Shown here in pieces: positions 10,522 to 19,263 of a stretch of 43,897 nt of DNA. Under the pieces are notes generated by a model. That model worked only from the letters and a program-made list of their open reading frames with translations. It was not told the origin of the DNA and made no database searches. Every line of letters starts with the position of its first letter. The stretch's first letter is position 1. The translations under genes and the position numbers were made by a program. The stretch lies in assembly GCA_026329315.1 (NCBI GenBank), contig GCA_026329315.1_4342.1; one strand, 5' to 3'. Source of the stretch: a phage.

Positions 10522-10888
10522 CGTTTCTACCCTCGAAAATAGCGTCTAAGCTCATGATGATGTCGGATTCGAACATCCCTATATTCTGGCCTGAAACGGT
10601 GCTGTACGCCACTAAATCTGACCATCGTAATTGCTCGCGCGGGTACATCTTGATGCCGTCGTCGTCCACTCGGCGGGTGAATTTAATTTCCCTGTACTTC
10701 TCAAATGTGGTTAGTAGCTCAGGGGGGCATTCCGGCCCAGCGGCCTGCGTTGCATCCGGCGCGTCTTGCATAACCCCCATAGCAATTAGCGCGGCTTTAT
10801 GCCCATCGGCGATACTGTCAAATTCCCGCCGTTTGTGGCGGGTTATGAAGTTCCAACGGGCGAACTGGAGCAACGCGTCTACTTTTCC
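10514..10888 (-). CDS. T segment of tail assembly chaperone G-T (expressed by -1 frameshift from G)
   Basis: Open -1 frame overlapping 3' end of G with no ATG of its own; candidate slip site GGAAAAG at 10882-10888. Confidence 0.45.
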   Translation of the reverse strand, partial: GKVDALLQFARWNFITRHKRREFDSIADGHKAALIAMGVMQDAPDATQAAGPECPPELLTTFEKYREIKFTRRVDDDGIKMYPREQLRWSDLVAYSTVSGQNIGMFESDIIMSLDAIFEGRNDG

Positions 10889-11295
10889 TGTAGCTGGTGC
10901 AGTTGTTCGTTATGAAACACAACAACAAGTTCCGCGAGTCGTTTATATTGCGTCAGGAGTGTGTTCAGATTCTCTTTATTGAATTCGTCGTCAAGGCTCC
11001 ACCCGTTAACCAATTCAATCGCTAACTGACGGTTAAGGTCCGTCGCCGCGTCTTCCATCTTCAGGTTGTATTCAGAGAAATCTTTCATCTCTTCGCACTT
11101 ATCACGAAGCGGTTTTAATTTCCCTAATACTGCCCGGTATGCAAGGGTGAACGCGCGCATAGCCTTAACGGCAACGTCCGCCTCAGGAGAAACAACATTA
11201 AGCCATTCCCCGGAATCAGTACCGTCTTTTAGCGGTATCGGCATACGTGCGCCCTTTTCGGCTTCCGCTTCGTAATAAAAATCAGAAAGTTTCAT
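10879..11295 (-). CDS. tail assembly chaperone (G)
   Basis: 138 aa acidic protein directly upstream of tape measure; ATG with AAAGGA RBS. Confidence 0.55.
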   Translation of the reverse strand: MKLSDFYYEAEAEKGARMPIPLKDGTDSGEWLNVVSPEADVAVKAMRAFTLAYRAVLGKLKPLRDKCEEMKDFSEYNLKMEDAATDLNRQLAIELVNGWSLDDEFNKENLNTLLTQYKRLAELVVVFHNEQLHQLQEK

Positions 11296-11402
11296 TCTTT
11301 AATCCTTTGGTTAAGAGGTTACTGGTTAAAGGAAATGCGCCAGACGGGAACCACCCGCTTTTCGTGTGCGACACTAGGCGCAAAATTATTCTAGCACACT
11401 AC

Positions 11403-11431
11403 TTGCACACCCCAATATAATAGCGTACTAT
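11403..11431 (+). promoter_or_regulatory. sigma70-like promoter TTGCAC-N17-TACTAT with embedded palindrome ATAGCGTACTAT
   Basis: Member of conserved class-2 motif TTGCACACCCCAATATAATAG-N-GTACTATTCA; 42 nt upstream of cassette start. Confidence 0.5.
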
Positions 11432-11473
11432 TCACTTACACCAACGATGTTATCTCAAATCAGGAGTTATGTT

Positions 11474-11665
11474 ATGACCGGTATCACTATGTTCTTCTTA
11501 ATTATTTTTGTAGCCGTTTATTTTATCCCGTTTTTGGTGGCACATATGCGTAACCATAAAGCAAAGCTGGCGATATTCATGGCTAACTTATTTCTCGGGT
11601 GGATTCTGTTGCCGTGGGTATTCATTTTAATCTGGGCTTGCAACTCGAACGTGAAAGAGAAGTAG
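11474..11665 (+). CDS. small two-TM membrane protein, superinfection-immunity (Imm)-like
   Basis: AGGAG RBS; two hydrophobic helices; motif NLFLGWILLPWVFILIWA. Confidence 0.45.
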   Translation: MTGITMFFLIIFVAVYFIPFLVAHMRNHKAKLAIFMANLFLGWILLPWVFILIWACNSNVKEK

Positions 11666-11703
11666 GCTACTATAAGACAAATCCTAAACACGAGGAAGTA
11701 AGC

Positions 11704-12834
11704 ATGGCCCAGAAGAAAATAACCGACGAGCAATTACAGGAAGAATTGAACGCCGGGATGAAGAATATCGATATCGCCCGTAAATACGGAATCTCAGACC
11801 GCGTTATCCGAATCCGTAAAGCGAAGCTGGCTAAGAAAGGCGTAGGCCACGGGCGCGACGTTAGTCACCTTGTACCAGACGGTTACAAGATTAAAGGAAC
11901 GTCGTCCCTGGTGGACGAGTTCGGCAACACTAAGTTGCAATGGGTTAAGACCGACGCTGATGCCGAACGTCAGGTTGAATTGATGAAAGCCGTAATAGAG
12001 GGCATGAAGTCAGAGATTACGCCCGTTGCGCCTGTTAAACCGGCACGAGCCAAACGTGACGATAAACTACTCAATCTTTACACGGTATCTGATTTCCATC
12101 TCGGTATGTTAGCCTGGGCTGACGAGAGCGGCGACGACTGGGATATGAAAATCGCGGAGGACTTATTCTCTCGTTGGTTTGATGCTGCGTTTCAGAAAGC
12201 ACCGGATGCAGGTACGGGGGTTATTAATCTTCTTGGCGACTTAGCTCACTTCGATAGTCTTGACGCCGTTACACCGGCGAGTGGTCATGTCCTTGACGCC
12301 GACACGCGTTACCAGAAACTTGTCCGCTACATGATTCGCATGGTCCGCCGTGTTGTTGATATGGCTCTGGTTAAGCATAAAACTGTTCGCTTGCTTATAG
12401 TTCAGGGGAACCACGACGAATCCGGGATGATTTGGCTGGCGGAGATGTTCAGTACGCTGTACGACAATGAGCCGCGCGTGTTCGTCGATACGTCGCCGGA
12501 TGTTTACAAGATGGTGCAACACGGCAAAACGACGCTGTTCTTCCATCACGGGCATAAAGCACGATTCGACGCTATCGAACCGGTTATGATTGCCAAGTTC
12601 CGTAAAGCGTTCGGCGAGAGTGTTTACAGCTACGCCCACGTAGGCCATCTGCACCACCAGAAGATTGTAGAAAGCCGTAACATGATTGTTGAGCAACACC
12701 GCACCTTAGCGGCTAAAGACGCCTACGCCTCTCGCGGCGGATGGATGTCGGGCTGCAGTGCAAATGTAATTACTTATAGCGCCGAATATGGCGAGGTCGC
12801 ACGTTTAACTATTTCACCGGAGATGCTGGGATGA
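11704..12834 (+). CDS. HTH-fused calcineurin-like metallophosphoesterase
   Basis: N-terminal HTH (NIDIARKYGISDRVIRIRKAKL); phosphoesterase motifs SDFHLG, GDLAHFD, QGNHDESG, HHGH, GHLHH. Confidence 0.65.
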   Translation: MAQKKITDEQLQEELNAGMKNIDIARKYGISDRVIRIRKAKLAKKGVGHGRDVSHLVPDGYKIKGTSSLVDEFGNTKLQWVKTDADAERQVELMKAVIEGMKSEITPVAPVKPARAKRDDKLLNLYTVSDFHLGMLAWADESGDDWDMKIAEDLFSRWFDAAFQKAPDAGTGVINLLGDLAHFDSLDAVTPASGHVLDADTRYQKLVRYMIRMVRRVVDMALVKHKTVRLLIVQGNHDESGMIWLAEMFSTLYDNEPRVFVDTSPDVYKMVQHGKTTLFFHHGHKARFDAIEPVMIAKFRKAFGESVYSYAHVGHLHHQKIVESRNMIVEQHRTLAAKDAYASRGGWMSGCSANVITYSAEYGEVARLTISPEMLG

Positions 12835-13319
12835 AAGATATTGTAATTTTCGATTTAGACGGGACATTGGCCGACGGTACCCATCGCTTACACCTGTTAC
12901 CAAAAGATAACTACGGAGAAACGTGGGCGTGGAAGCCATTTAACATGGCCTGCAAAGATGACGCTCCGATATACGACAATATCCATTTGTGTAGCGTACT
13001 GTGGCATTCCGGACTTACTATAATTATCCTTACCGGGCGAAGTGATGACGCTGAGGAGGAGACTCGCGAATGGTTACGAGAGAATAACGTTAGGTTTGAC
13101 ACGCTAATCATGCGCAGCAAACACGACAACAGAAAAGACATCGTAATTAAAGAAGAGGTGTTGCGTGCTTTCGGACTGGAAAGAATCTTGTGTGCGTTCG
13201 ACGACTCTCCAGCGGTAATAAAGCATTTCCGTGACCTCGGCATAACCGCACACGCAGTTACCGAATACGACTGTAACGGGAACTCTACACACTTAAAACC
13301 ACACGGGAGCGATAAATAA
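12831..13319 (+). CDS. HAD-superfamily phosphatase (polynucleotide 3'-phosphatase / nucleotidase-like)
   Basis: DLDGTL motif at N-terminus, ILTGR and FDDS motifs; ATGA overlap with upstream gene. Confidence 0.6.
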   Translation: MKDIVIFDLDGTLADGTHRLHLLPKDNYGETWAWKPFNMACKDDAPIYDNIHLCSVLWHSGLTIIILTGRSDDAEEETREWLRENNVRFDTLIMRSKHDNRKDIVIKEEVLRAFGLERILCAFDDSPAVIKHFRDLGITAHAVTEYDCNGNSTHLKPHGSDK

Positions 13320-13874
13320 TGGCTAAGGTAATTATTCTTAATGGCCCTGCGGGTTGCGGGAAAGACACGCTTGCTATGGCGCTGGTAGAAATGGGCTTTG
13401 CGAAAGGAACTACCAGTTTCAAGAATCCAATGTTCAATATTGCTTTGGCAGCGTTAGGCCAGGATGCTTACCACGAATTTCTCGACGGCTACGACGACCG
13501 GGCGCGGAAAGAAAAACCCGAGGGTTTTTCTTAATGGGTTGTCCCGCCGCCGGTTAATGATTGCCATTTCTGAGCAATTCATTAAACCGGTATTCGGCGA
13601 TGATTATTTCGGTAAGTATCTTGCTGAAAACTTGCCTGACGGCGACGAAGTTTTTGTAGTGTCCGATGGTGGATTCGCCAGTGAAGTTGCCCCTATCGTC
13701 GCCGCGGGGCATGACGTGCGAATCGTCCGCCTCCATCGTGACGGCTATACGTTCATCTGCGATAGCCGTGGCTATCTGTACGATGTTAGTGGTGTAAAAG
13801 ATTACGACACCTACATCATACCGGGTGACGTTAAATCGAACGTTATAGACATTGCTTTAAAATTAGGTTTGTAA
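13319..13874 (+). CDS. deoxynucleoside monophosphate kinase (T4 gp1-like), interrupted by a +1 frame change at T5 run 13525-13529
   Basis: P-loop GPAGCGKDT in frame A (13319-13534); RRLM and kinase C-terminal region in frame B (to 13874). Confidence 0.55.
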
Positions 13875-13880
13875 GAAAAA

Positions 13881-13910
13881 GGCCCCGAAAGGGGCCTTAG
13901 TTTTATGCGT
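13881..13910. terminator. bidirectional rho-independent terminator (GGCCCC-GAAA-GGGGCC)
   Basis: Same stem as the 1785 and 21132 terminators; A-run upstream, TTAGTTTTAT downstream; between convergent genes. Confidence 0.65.
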
Positions 13911-15069
13911 AGGTGATACGTTGAATTACGATAGACGACTGGTACTGATTGCCGGTAGCCTGGCCTTCAATGGACTGAGTGATTGACTCAGGCCCACCAA
14001 TCTCAGGTGTAACCGCCGTAAGCTCTGCACGTTTCAAACTGAAAGACATAGCCCCGTTTACCCCTGCCAGAATAGAGTTAATCTCTACCTGCTGCTCGTT
14101 GATAAACTTCTGAATCATCGCCATGTCGTACAGCTTGCCAGAGATAGAGAATGTGTTAGCTGCGCGTCCACGTTCGACGAACGCCACGCTACTGTTACCG
14201 AGTTCGAACTGCGCGGAAGCTCCGTTGTCGTTGGTGATGGTGAGAGTATCGCAACGCAACGGCGTGGAGCCATCGAACACCGACACATCTACCGACGAGA
14301 ACGGCTCATCGGTGAACGTAACCTGAGAGAAATCAGAGCCAGACGGCGGCGCGGTAAGAATCTCCTGACTCCGGCCGATGAACGGGAAGCTGCCGGTGAC
14401 CATGGCGTTAACCGCCTGCTCTACGGTAAAGCCAGAGATTTCCACACCTTTGGTCAGCATGTACGCGTCCGGGTTACCACACTGGCCCTTGAACCACGTC
14501 AGGATGGAGAACGTCTTACACGCGTTACCGGTTTCCAGCTTGTCGCCAGTTTTTGCGTCAGTGGTTACTGTCTCTGCTGTCAGCGTGTGCTGAATACCTG
14601 CGCCCGTAACTACCAGAGCGGAAACCGCGGTCACGATAAACGGTTTTGCGTTGTCGCCGGTTAAGTCGGTGAACGCAATAAGGTCGCCAACTTCTACACC
14701 GTCAGTAATGAAGCTACCGGCAGCGCGGGTGAATGTTTTACCTGCTGGAGCGACCGTAATTTCGGCACCCGTAATCTCTACCCCATCCTGCCACGTAGAC
14801 GTCATCGCGCCAGCAAGGAAATCATCCTGACTACGGGAGCTAAGTTCGATGGCATACTCCCCGCTAACCTGCTTGTTACCGGTTCGGATGGATGTAGTTT
14901 CACGGCTGCCGTCCAGTTCGTTGGAAGTCAGTGCATCGCGGGTTACAGCGGGAACGCCGCCCGTGTTACGCAACGGCGACCATACCGGGTTAGTCGGTGT
15001 TACGCCAGGGGTAGTTTCCGCCACATAGAATTGCGCGGTATTCGCGCCCTTAAAAGGAGTTGTAGCCAT
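13903..15069 (-). CDS. major tail protein
   Basis: Large structural ORF preceding chaperone/tape-measure block; ATG at 15069 with AAGAGG RBS. Confidence 0.5.
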   Translation of the reverse strand: MATTPFKGANTAQFYVAETTPGVTPTNPVWSPLRNTGGVPAVTRDALTSNELDGSRETTSIRTGNKQVSGEYAIELSSRSQDDFLAGAMTSTWQDGVEITGAEITVAPAGKTFTRAAGSFITDGVEVGDLIAFTDLTGDNAKPFIVTAVSALVVTGAGIQHTLTAETVTTDAKTGDKLETGNACKTFSILTWFKGQCGNPDAYMLTKGVEISGFTVEQAVNAMVTGSFPFIGRSQEILTAPPSGSDFSQVTFTDEPFSSVDVSVFDGSTPLRCDTLTITNDNGASAQFELGNSSVAFVERGRAANTFSISGKLYDMAMIQKFINEQQVEINSILAGVNGAMSFSLKRAELTAVTPEIGGPESITQSIEGQATGNQYQSSIVIQRITYA

Positions 15070-15071
15070 AT

Positions 15072-15488
15072 TCACAGCCTCTTGGTGAATGCAATAAAGT
15101 TAATTGACAATGGTCGTTTGGCCCATCCGTTTTCTACAATCAGCGGCCCCAGGCTAACCGATTGAACCTCGGCGCAGATGTCGTTACGCGAAAATGCCTT
15201 ACCTGATTTAAACGCCGTGTTAAGTAAGTCTGCCATTTTATTGATTGGCGCGCTACCTTTCACCGATGCGTAGTTAATGTCTATCTGATAGACACCGGCG
15301 CGTTGTTCCGTGAAGAATAAGTCAGCCTGCTCGGTATCCGCCAGCAACATGTAACTTGCCAGATACGGCGTATCTGTTGACGTCGGCGCGTCGATGTTTT
15401 CAAGCGCTACCTTGATGCCGTTGGTGGTTCCGAAGGCTACCAGCGGCACATCAAACGCTTTTGTTAAGTCCTCAAAGTAGCCCATCAT
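15072..15488 (-). CDS. tail completion / neck protein (hypothetical structural)
   Basis: Tightly packed, overlapping stop/start in head-tail joining region. Confidence 0.35.
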   Translation of the reverse strand: MMGYFEDLTKAFDVPLVAFGTTNGIKVALENIDAPTSTDTPYLASYMLLADTEQADLFFTEQRAGVYQIDINYASVKGSAPINKMADLLNTAFKSGKAFSRNDICAEVQSVSLGPLIVENGWAKRPLSINFIAFTKRL

Positions 15489-15880
15489 CTCACCTTGCTA
15501 GCTTCTTCGTTAATGAGTTGCTGGAAGCGGGACACGTTAGTCCTGACGAATCCTTGCGGGGCCTGTTGCGACCAGCCATACTCCAGCCGTTGTGCATACG
15601 GCAGGTTATTTGTCAGCGTGAACTCATGCCAGTCGGTGGCTTTCAGCACGAAACTTGTAGCGTTTCCGGTTGCTGTGTTTCCTGATTTATCCGTAGCATC
15701 CGTAATCCCGGAAGCAGGAGTACCGCCAGATGCCATCCAGTTCATGCGAAACCGACCAGTATCTACCGGACTCGCCTTTATAATAGCGGAAAACAGCTTG
15801 ATAGACACCTGACGCATCACCTTCTCAGGGTTCTTCTTCGCCTTTTCCACGAACTTAGAGACGTCCAGCGCGAAACTCAT
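15485..15880 (-). CDS. head-tail joining protein (hypothetical structural)
   Basis: Translationally coupled ORF in structural operon. Confidence 0.35.
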   Translation of the reverse strand: MSFALDVSKFVEKAKKNPEKVMRQVSIKLFSAIIKASPVDTGRFRMNWMASGGTPASGITDATDKSGNTATGNATSFVLKATDWHEFTLTNNLPYAQRLEYGWSQQAPQGFVRTNVSRFQQLINEEASKVR

Positions 15881-16236
15881 TTTCTCACCTGAATAAAGTA
15901 GGCCACAACATCATCGTTAACCACCTTCTTCTCAATGGCTACGACGGACCATTGCTCGCCGCCGAATTGCACTTTGTCTTCCATCTTAGGAACGACGCTG
16001 TAATCGGCTTTAACAATCATGTCACCCGCCTGAATCGTCGTACCGTTCACCAGACCCGCATTAACAGGAACCGGAACGGCCTTCAACGGCAACACTTCGT
16101 CCGCATACCAGACGTACTCACCGAGAACTTCATCCCACACTTTCGAGCCAGCGCGAATCAGAGATACCGTGCTACCGAATTTGGTTAACAGGCGTGTACC
16201 TACGCCTTGCATACGTTTACTGAAAGCTGTGCTCAT
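15877..16236 (-). CDS. head-tail joining protein (hypothetical structural)
   Basis: ATG at 16236 with GGAGG RBS and ATGA overlap with upstream stop (shorter than ORF-track call). Confidence 0.35.
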   Translation of the reverse strand: MSTAFSKRMQGVGTRLLTKFGSTVSLIRAGSKVWDEVLGEYVWYADEVLPLKAVPVPVNAGLVNGTTIQAGDMIVKADYSVVPKMEDKVQFGGEQWSVVAIEKKVVNDDVVAYFIQVRK

Positions 16237-16850
16237 CAGGCGGCCTCCAGTCTCGAGATAACCAGTAGCGCGGATGGTGCTGTACCCCATGCGGTTACGG
16301 TAGCCGCTTGCGGGTATACGCCGCCGAAGTTGCTTCCGGCGCTATCCCGCATAATCTGAACGGCAAAAGTCTGGCCTGCTGTTGGGTTAATAACAACGCG
16401 AGATTCAATCGGGATTGTGGTGTCCGCGCTTACCAGTTTCGTGGCGGCTGGTGAGCCGTACTGAGCGCCGTTTACTAAAATACGTGATAGCAGGATTGAC
16501 GTTCCGCTGGCACCTGTGCGGCCTGCCTGTAACTTGATGCGAACGGCGTAGTTACCGGCGGTGTTGAATGTAACCAGCCCCGCGGCATTAATCATTACCG
16601 GGTCGGATGCACTACCCTGAGCTGCACCGAAAGTTAACTGCAATGCCGTATCTACCGCGGTAGGCGCTTGGGTTACCGTAGACGCGGCACGGAGAACTTC
16701 AACCTCTTTAACACCTGGAGTGGCGTAAATAGGTGAGTCAGCCATCTGTGTCATTACCTCGCACAACGCTGCTGGGGTAATAAGCCCGGTAGTGTTATCG
16801 GGGAGGTTTGCGCCGATAAGAGTAAACATCTCTGATTTAGTCTTCGCCAT
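16236..16850 (-). CDS. structural protein (hypothetical)
   Basis: ORF in capsid-to-tail interval, ATG start. Confidence 0.35.
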   Translation of the reverse strand: MAKTKSEMFTLIGANLPDNTTGLITPAALCEVMTQMADSPIYATPGVKEVEVLRAASTVTQAPTAVDTALQLTFGAAQGSASDPVMINAAGLVTFNTAGNYAVRIKLQAGRTGASGTSILLSRILVNGAQYGSPAATKLVSADTTIPIESRVVINPTAGQTFAVQIMRDSAGSNFGGVYPQAATVTAWGTAPSALLVISRLEAA

Positions 16851-16852
16851 TT

Positions 16853-17365
16853 TTAACCCCGGTACACATTAAATGAGAAGCCGTTGTTAAGACCACCACA
16901 CAGTAACGGGCGTAAGGCGTCGTCAGCGGCGGTAATCGCGGTTGTGTCCCCGCTGTTGCCGTTGTTGAAGTAGGTAACTGTTACCGCACCCTCTACACGC
17001 TCGGTCTGCACGGAACGTCCATCGGAGTTAGCCCGAACATCAGTGCCCGCTCCATACGTAACAGCGGCGATTACCTGCGCCCGGATTAACTGCGGTGGGA
17101 TAACATTATCAGCTACAGGGAAACCATTCAACGTTACGCCAGTGCGAGGGTACGCCAGAGACTGTTCGGCGGACACCCGACGACCGCACATCCGCGGCTC
17201 TGCAAGCCCGACATAAGTAGCACCGTTGCGCAGGGCCGCCTCTACGGCGGTATCGTCTGCGGGTAGCTCCAGACCATAATTAGCCGCTAACGCGCGGGCG
17301 TCAGCCAGACTAATGTAACTGTCAGCATTAGGTACGATTTCGCCCGTTTCCACGATTAGAGGCAT
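16853..17365 (-). CDS. head completion / connector protein (hypothetical)
   Basis: ORF in capsid-to-tail interval, ATG start. Confidence 0.35.
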   Translation of the reverse strand: MPLIVETGEIVPNADSYISLADARALAANYGLELPADDTAVEAALRNGATYVGLAEPRMCGRRVSAEQSLAYPRTGVTLNGFPVADNVIPPQLIRAQVIAAVTYGAGTDVRANSDGRSVQTERVEGAVTVTYFNNGNSGDTTAITAADDALRPLLCGGLNNGFSFNVYRG

Positions 17366-17369
17366 AAAT

Positions 17370-17548
17370 TATTCCTCTGACTTACGGCGACGACGTTTAG
17401 TACCACCGCCGTTGTTGTGCGCTTCTTCGTTATCTGGTTGCGTTGCCACAAGCTCATCCGGTTCTACAACACCGCGAACGGGCATCACCTGACCGTCAAC
17501 AACATCAACGTGGGTGTACTTTTCGCGGATTACATAATTATCTGCCAT
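17370..17548 (-). CDS. small protein with basic C-terminal tail (59 aa)
   Basis: AAGGAAAGG RBS; ends in RRRRRK; below ORF-track cutoff. Confidence 0.3.
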
Positions 17549-17584
17549 GACCTTTCCTTATTACGGCCCCGAAGGGCCGCGGTA

Positions 17585-17935
17585 TTAAGATACAGTTGCT
17601 ACGGTGCTGCTGGAGATAATATTACCATATACATCGTGGACAACCACTTTATACGTACCGGAATCGGTAGTAGCGAGCGAAGTTTTCTCGTAGGTGGCGG
17701 CGGTAGCGCCTGGGATAGCGTTGTTATCTTTGTACCACTGGTATGTGTACGGGGCCAGACCGCCAGTTACGGCTACGGTAAGAGTCATCGTCCGCCCCGT
17801 AGACTGGGTAGTGGTAGCGGCAAGTGCGGTAGAAAAAGATGCGGGCGAGATATTCGCCATATCGATTTCAACCTGACCATCGGCAGGAGAATCATCAGAA
17901 ACACCAGTAATACGACGTTTGATTACATCAACCAT
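17585..17935 (-). CDS. Ig-like domain protein (possible capsid decoration)
   Basis: Motif YTYQWYKD...GTYKV typical of bacterial Ig-like domains. Confidence 0.45.
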   Translation of the reverse strand: MVDVIKRRITGVSDDSPADGQVEIDMANISPASFSTALAATTTQSTGRTMTLTVAVTGGLAPYTYQWYKDNNAIPGATAATYEKTSLATTDSGTYKVVVHDVYGNIISSSTVATVS

Positions 17936-17947
17936 TTTTAAGCTCCT

Positions 17948-18154
17948 TTAGCTTACAGTTCCTGCATTTTTAAGCGCAGTCAACAGATTTGCTACGGTAA
18001 TGGCGGCAGCGGTAATGGCCGCGGGGGCGGCTACAGTAGCTGACTTTTTAACCCCACCAACTACGCTGGTAGTAGCCGGCGTTACTGGGATGTCAAAGTC
18101 GCCGAAGTCGACATTCTGAAGGCTGCGAGGCAAGCCTTTTCCGGTCTTAGCCAT
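17948..18154 (-). CDS. small structural-region protein (hypothetical)
   Basis: ATG start, just downstream of capsid terminator. Confidence 0.3.
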   Translation of the reverse strand: MAKTGKGLPRSLQNVDFGDFDIPVTPATTSVVGGVKKSATVAAPAAITAAAITVANLLTALKNAGTVS

Positions 18155-18171
18155 AATTTACCTCTTAGTAA

Positions 18172-18196
18172 ATGAAAAGAGGGACCGAAGTCCCTC
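18172..18196 (-). terminator. rho-independent terminator after major capsid gene
   Basis: Stem GAGGGAC/GTCCCTC, followed on - strand by TTTTCATTT. Confidence 0.6.
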
Positions 18197-18213
18197 TCGA
18201 TTATATCTTAACC

Positions 18214-19263
18214 TTAAGCCCCGACACCAGTTACCAGGAAGGCAATCGGTACATGCTTACGGTCAACCACACGGTTCCAGTTGGAAGCGTTCGCCAGGTC
18301 CTGCCAGGAAGCAGAGCGGGCGATAGTCTCGGTGCCGTTGCCGGTGATTACAGTGCTGGTGAAACTGTAACCAAACGGATGCAGCAACCAGGTCTTACGG
18401 GTCCACAGGGTTTCGACACCACCACCGTTACCGCGAGACGCTTCGCGCTCGTATTCCAGCGGGTTTGACGGAGAACCTTCGCCGTAACCGATAGCACCGT
18501 TGCCGAAGATGATGGAGATGAACTTACGGCTGTTGTCAGTTCCGACTACGGTCATGCTGTCGTCAACAATCACACGATAGCCCTGGTAGGTGGCGAACAT
18601 GGTGTTGTTGTCAGCGTCGCGAATGAAGTCGATAAGCTGCTGCTTACGCGCCTGCGCATAAACGAAGCTGTGCATCGCGATAGCGCCAAGCACTTCACCA
18701 CCGTTACCCATCAGCGCATCGCCCATAGTCTGGGTAGCATCGATGAACGCGCCGGAGTCGAAGCCCAGAGTAGCGGACACGTCAATAACCATGTCGTTCC
18801 GCTCGTGGTACGCATCGGTAGCCGCTACGTTATCATTGTACAGACCGAGCGCGGTAGCAATAAGACGGCGTTGTGCCTGACGCTGCCAGAAGTTATCCAG
18901 ACGGGAAGCCACGGATTGCAGCGGATTCTGGCTGGTCAGTTCTACCGTCAGGTCAGCCTGACCAAAACCTTCGTTCAGGTAAGCTACGCGAACATCCATC
19001 TCACCGGTTTGCACGTTACGCGGGGTGGCGACGTCCTGATATACGTCGTTCGAGTAGTTCGGCTCGATAGAGGTATCAATAGCTTTCCAGTACGGCAGGA
19101 CCGCTTTGTTGGACGGGCCGTTTGCGATAGCGGCGGCATACGGAGTCGAGGTAAGGATACCGGACTGGAAGAACGCGGTTTTCTCTACCGGGTCCTCTGT
19201 CATGTAGGACAGGATTACCGATTCTTTACCAGTTACGATGTCGCCGATAGTAGTAATTGCCAT
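18214..19263 (-). CDS. major capsid protein
   Basis: 349 aa ORF directly after scaffold-like gene, followed by strong terminator. Confidence 0.6.
   Translation of the reverse strand: MAITTIGDIVTGKESVILSYMTEDPVEKTAFFQSGILTSTPYAAAIANGPSNKAVLPYWKAIDTSIEPNYSNDVYQDVATPRNVQTGEMDVRVAYLNEGFGQADLTVELTSQNPLQSVASRLDNFWQRQAQRRLIATALGLYNDNVAATDAYHERNDMVIDVSATLGFDSGAFIDATQTMGDALMGNGGEVLGAIAMHSFVYAQARKQQLIDFIRDADNNTMFATYQGYRVIVDDSMTVVGTDNSRKFISIIFGNGAIGYGEGSPSNPLEYEREASRGNGGGVETLWTRKTWLLHPFGYSFTSTVITGNGTETIARSASWQDLANASNWNRVVDRKHVPIAFLVTGVGA

Noticed and set aside
11386-11415. Leftward promoter TTGGGG-N16-TAGAAT opposite the cassette promoter, which could restart tail-gene transcription after the 13881 terminator
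   Set aside because: The -35 matches consensus at only 3 of 6 positions and the arrangement is not repeated at the other class-2 sites; kept only as a possibility
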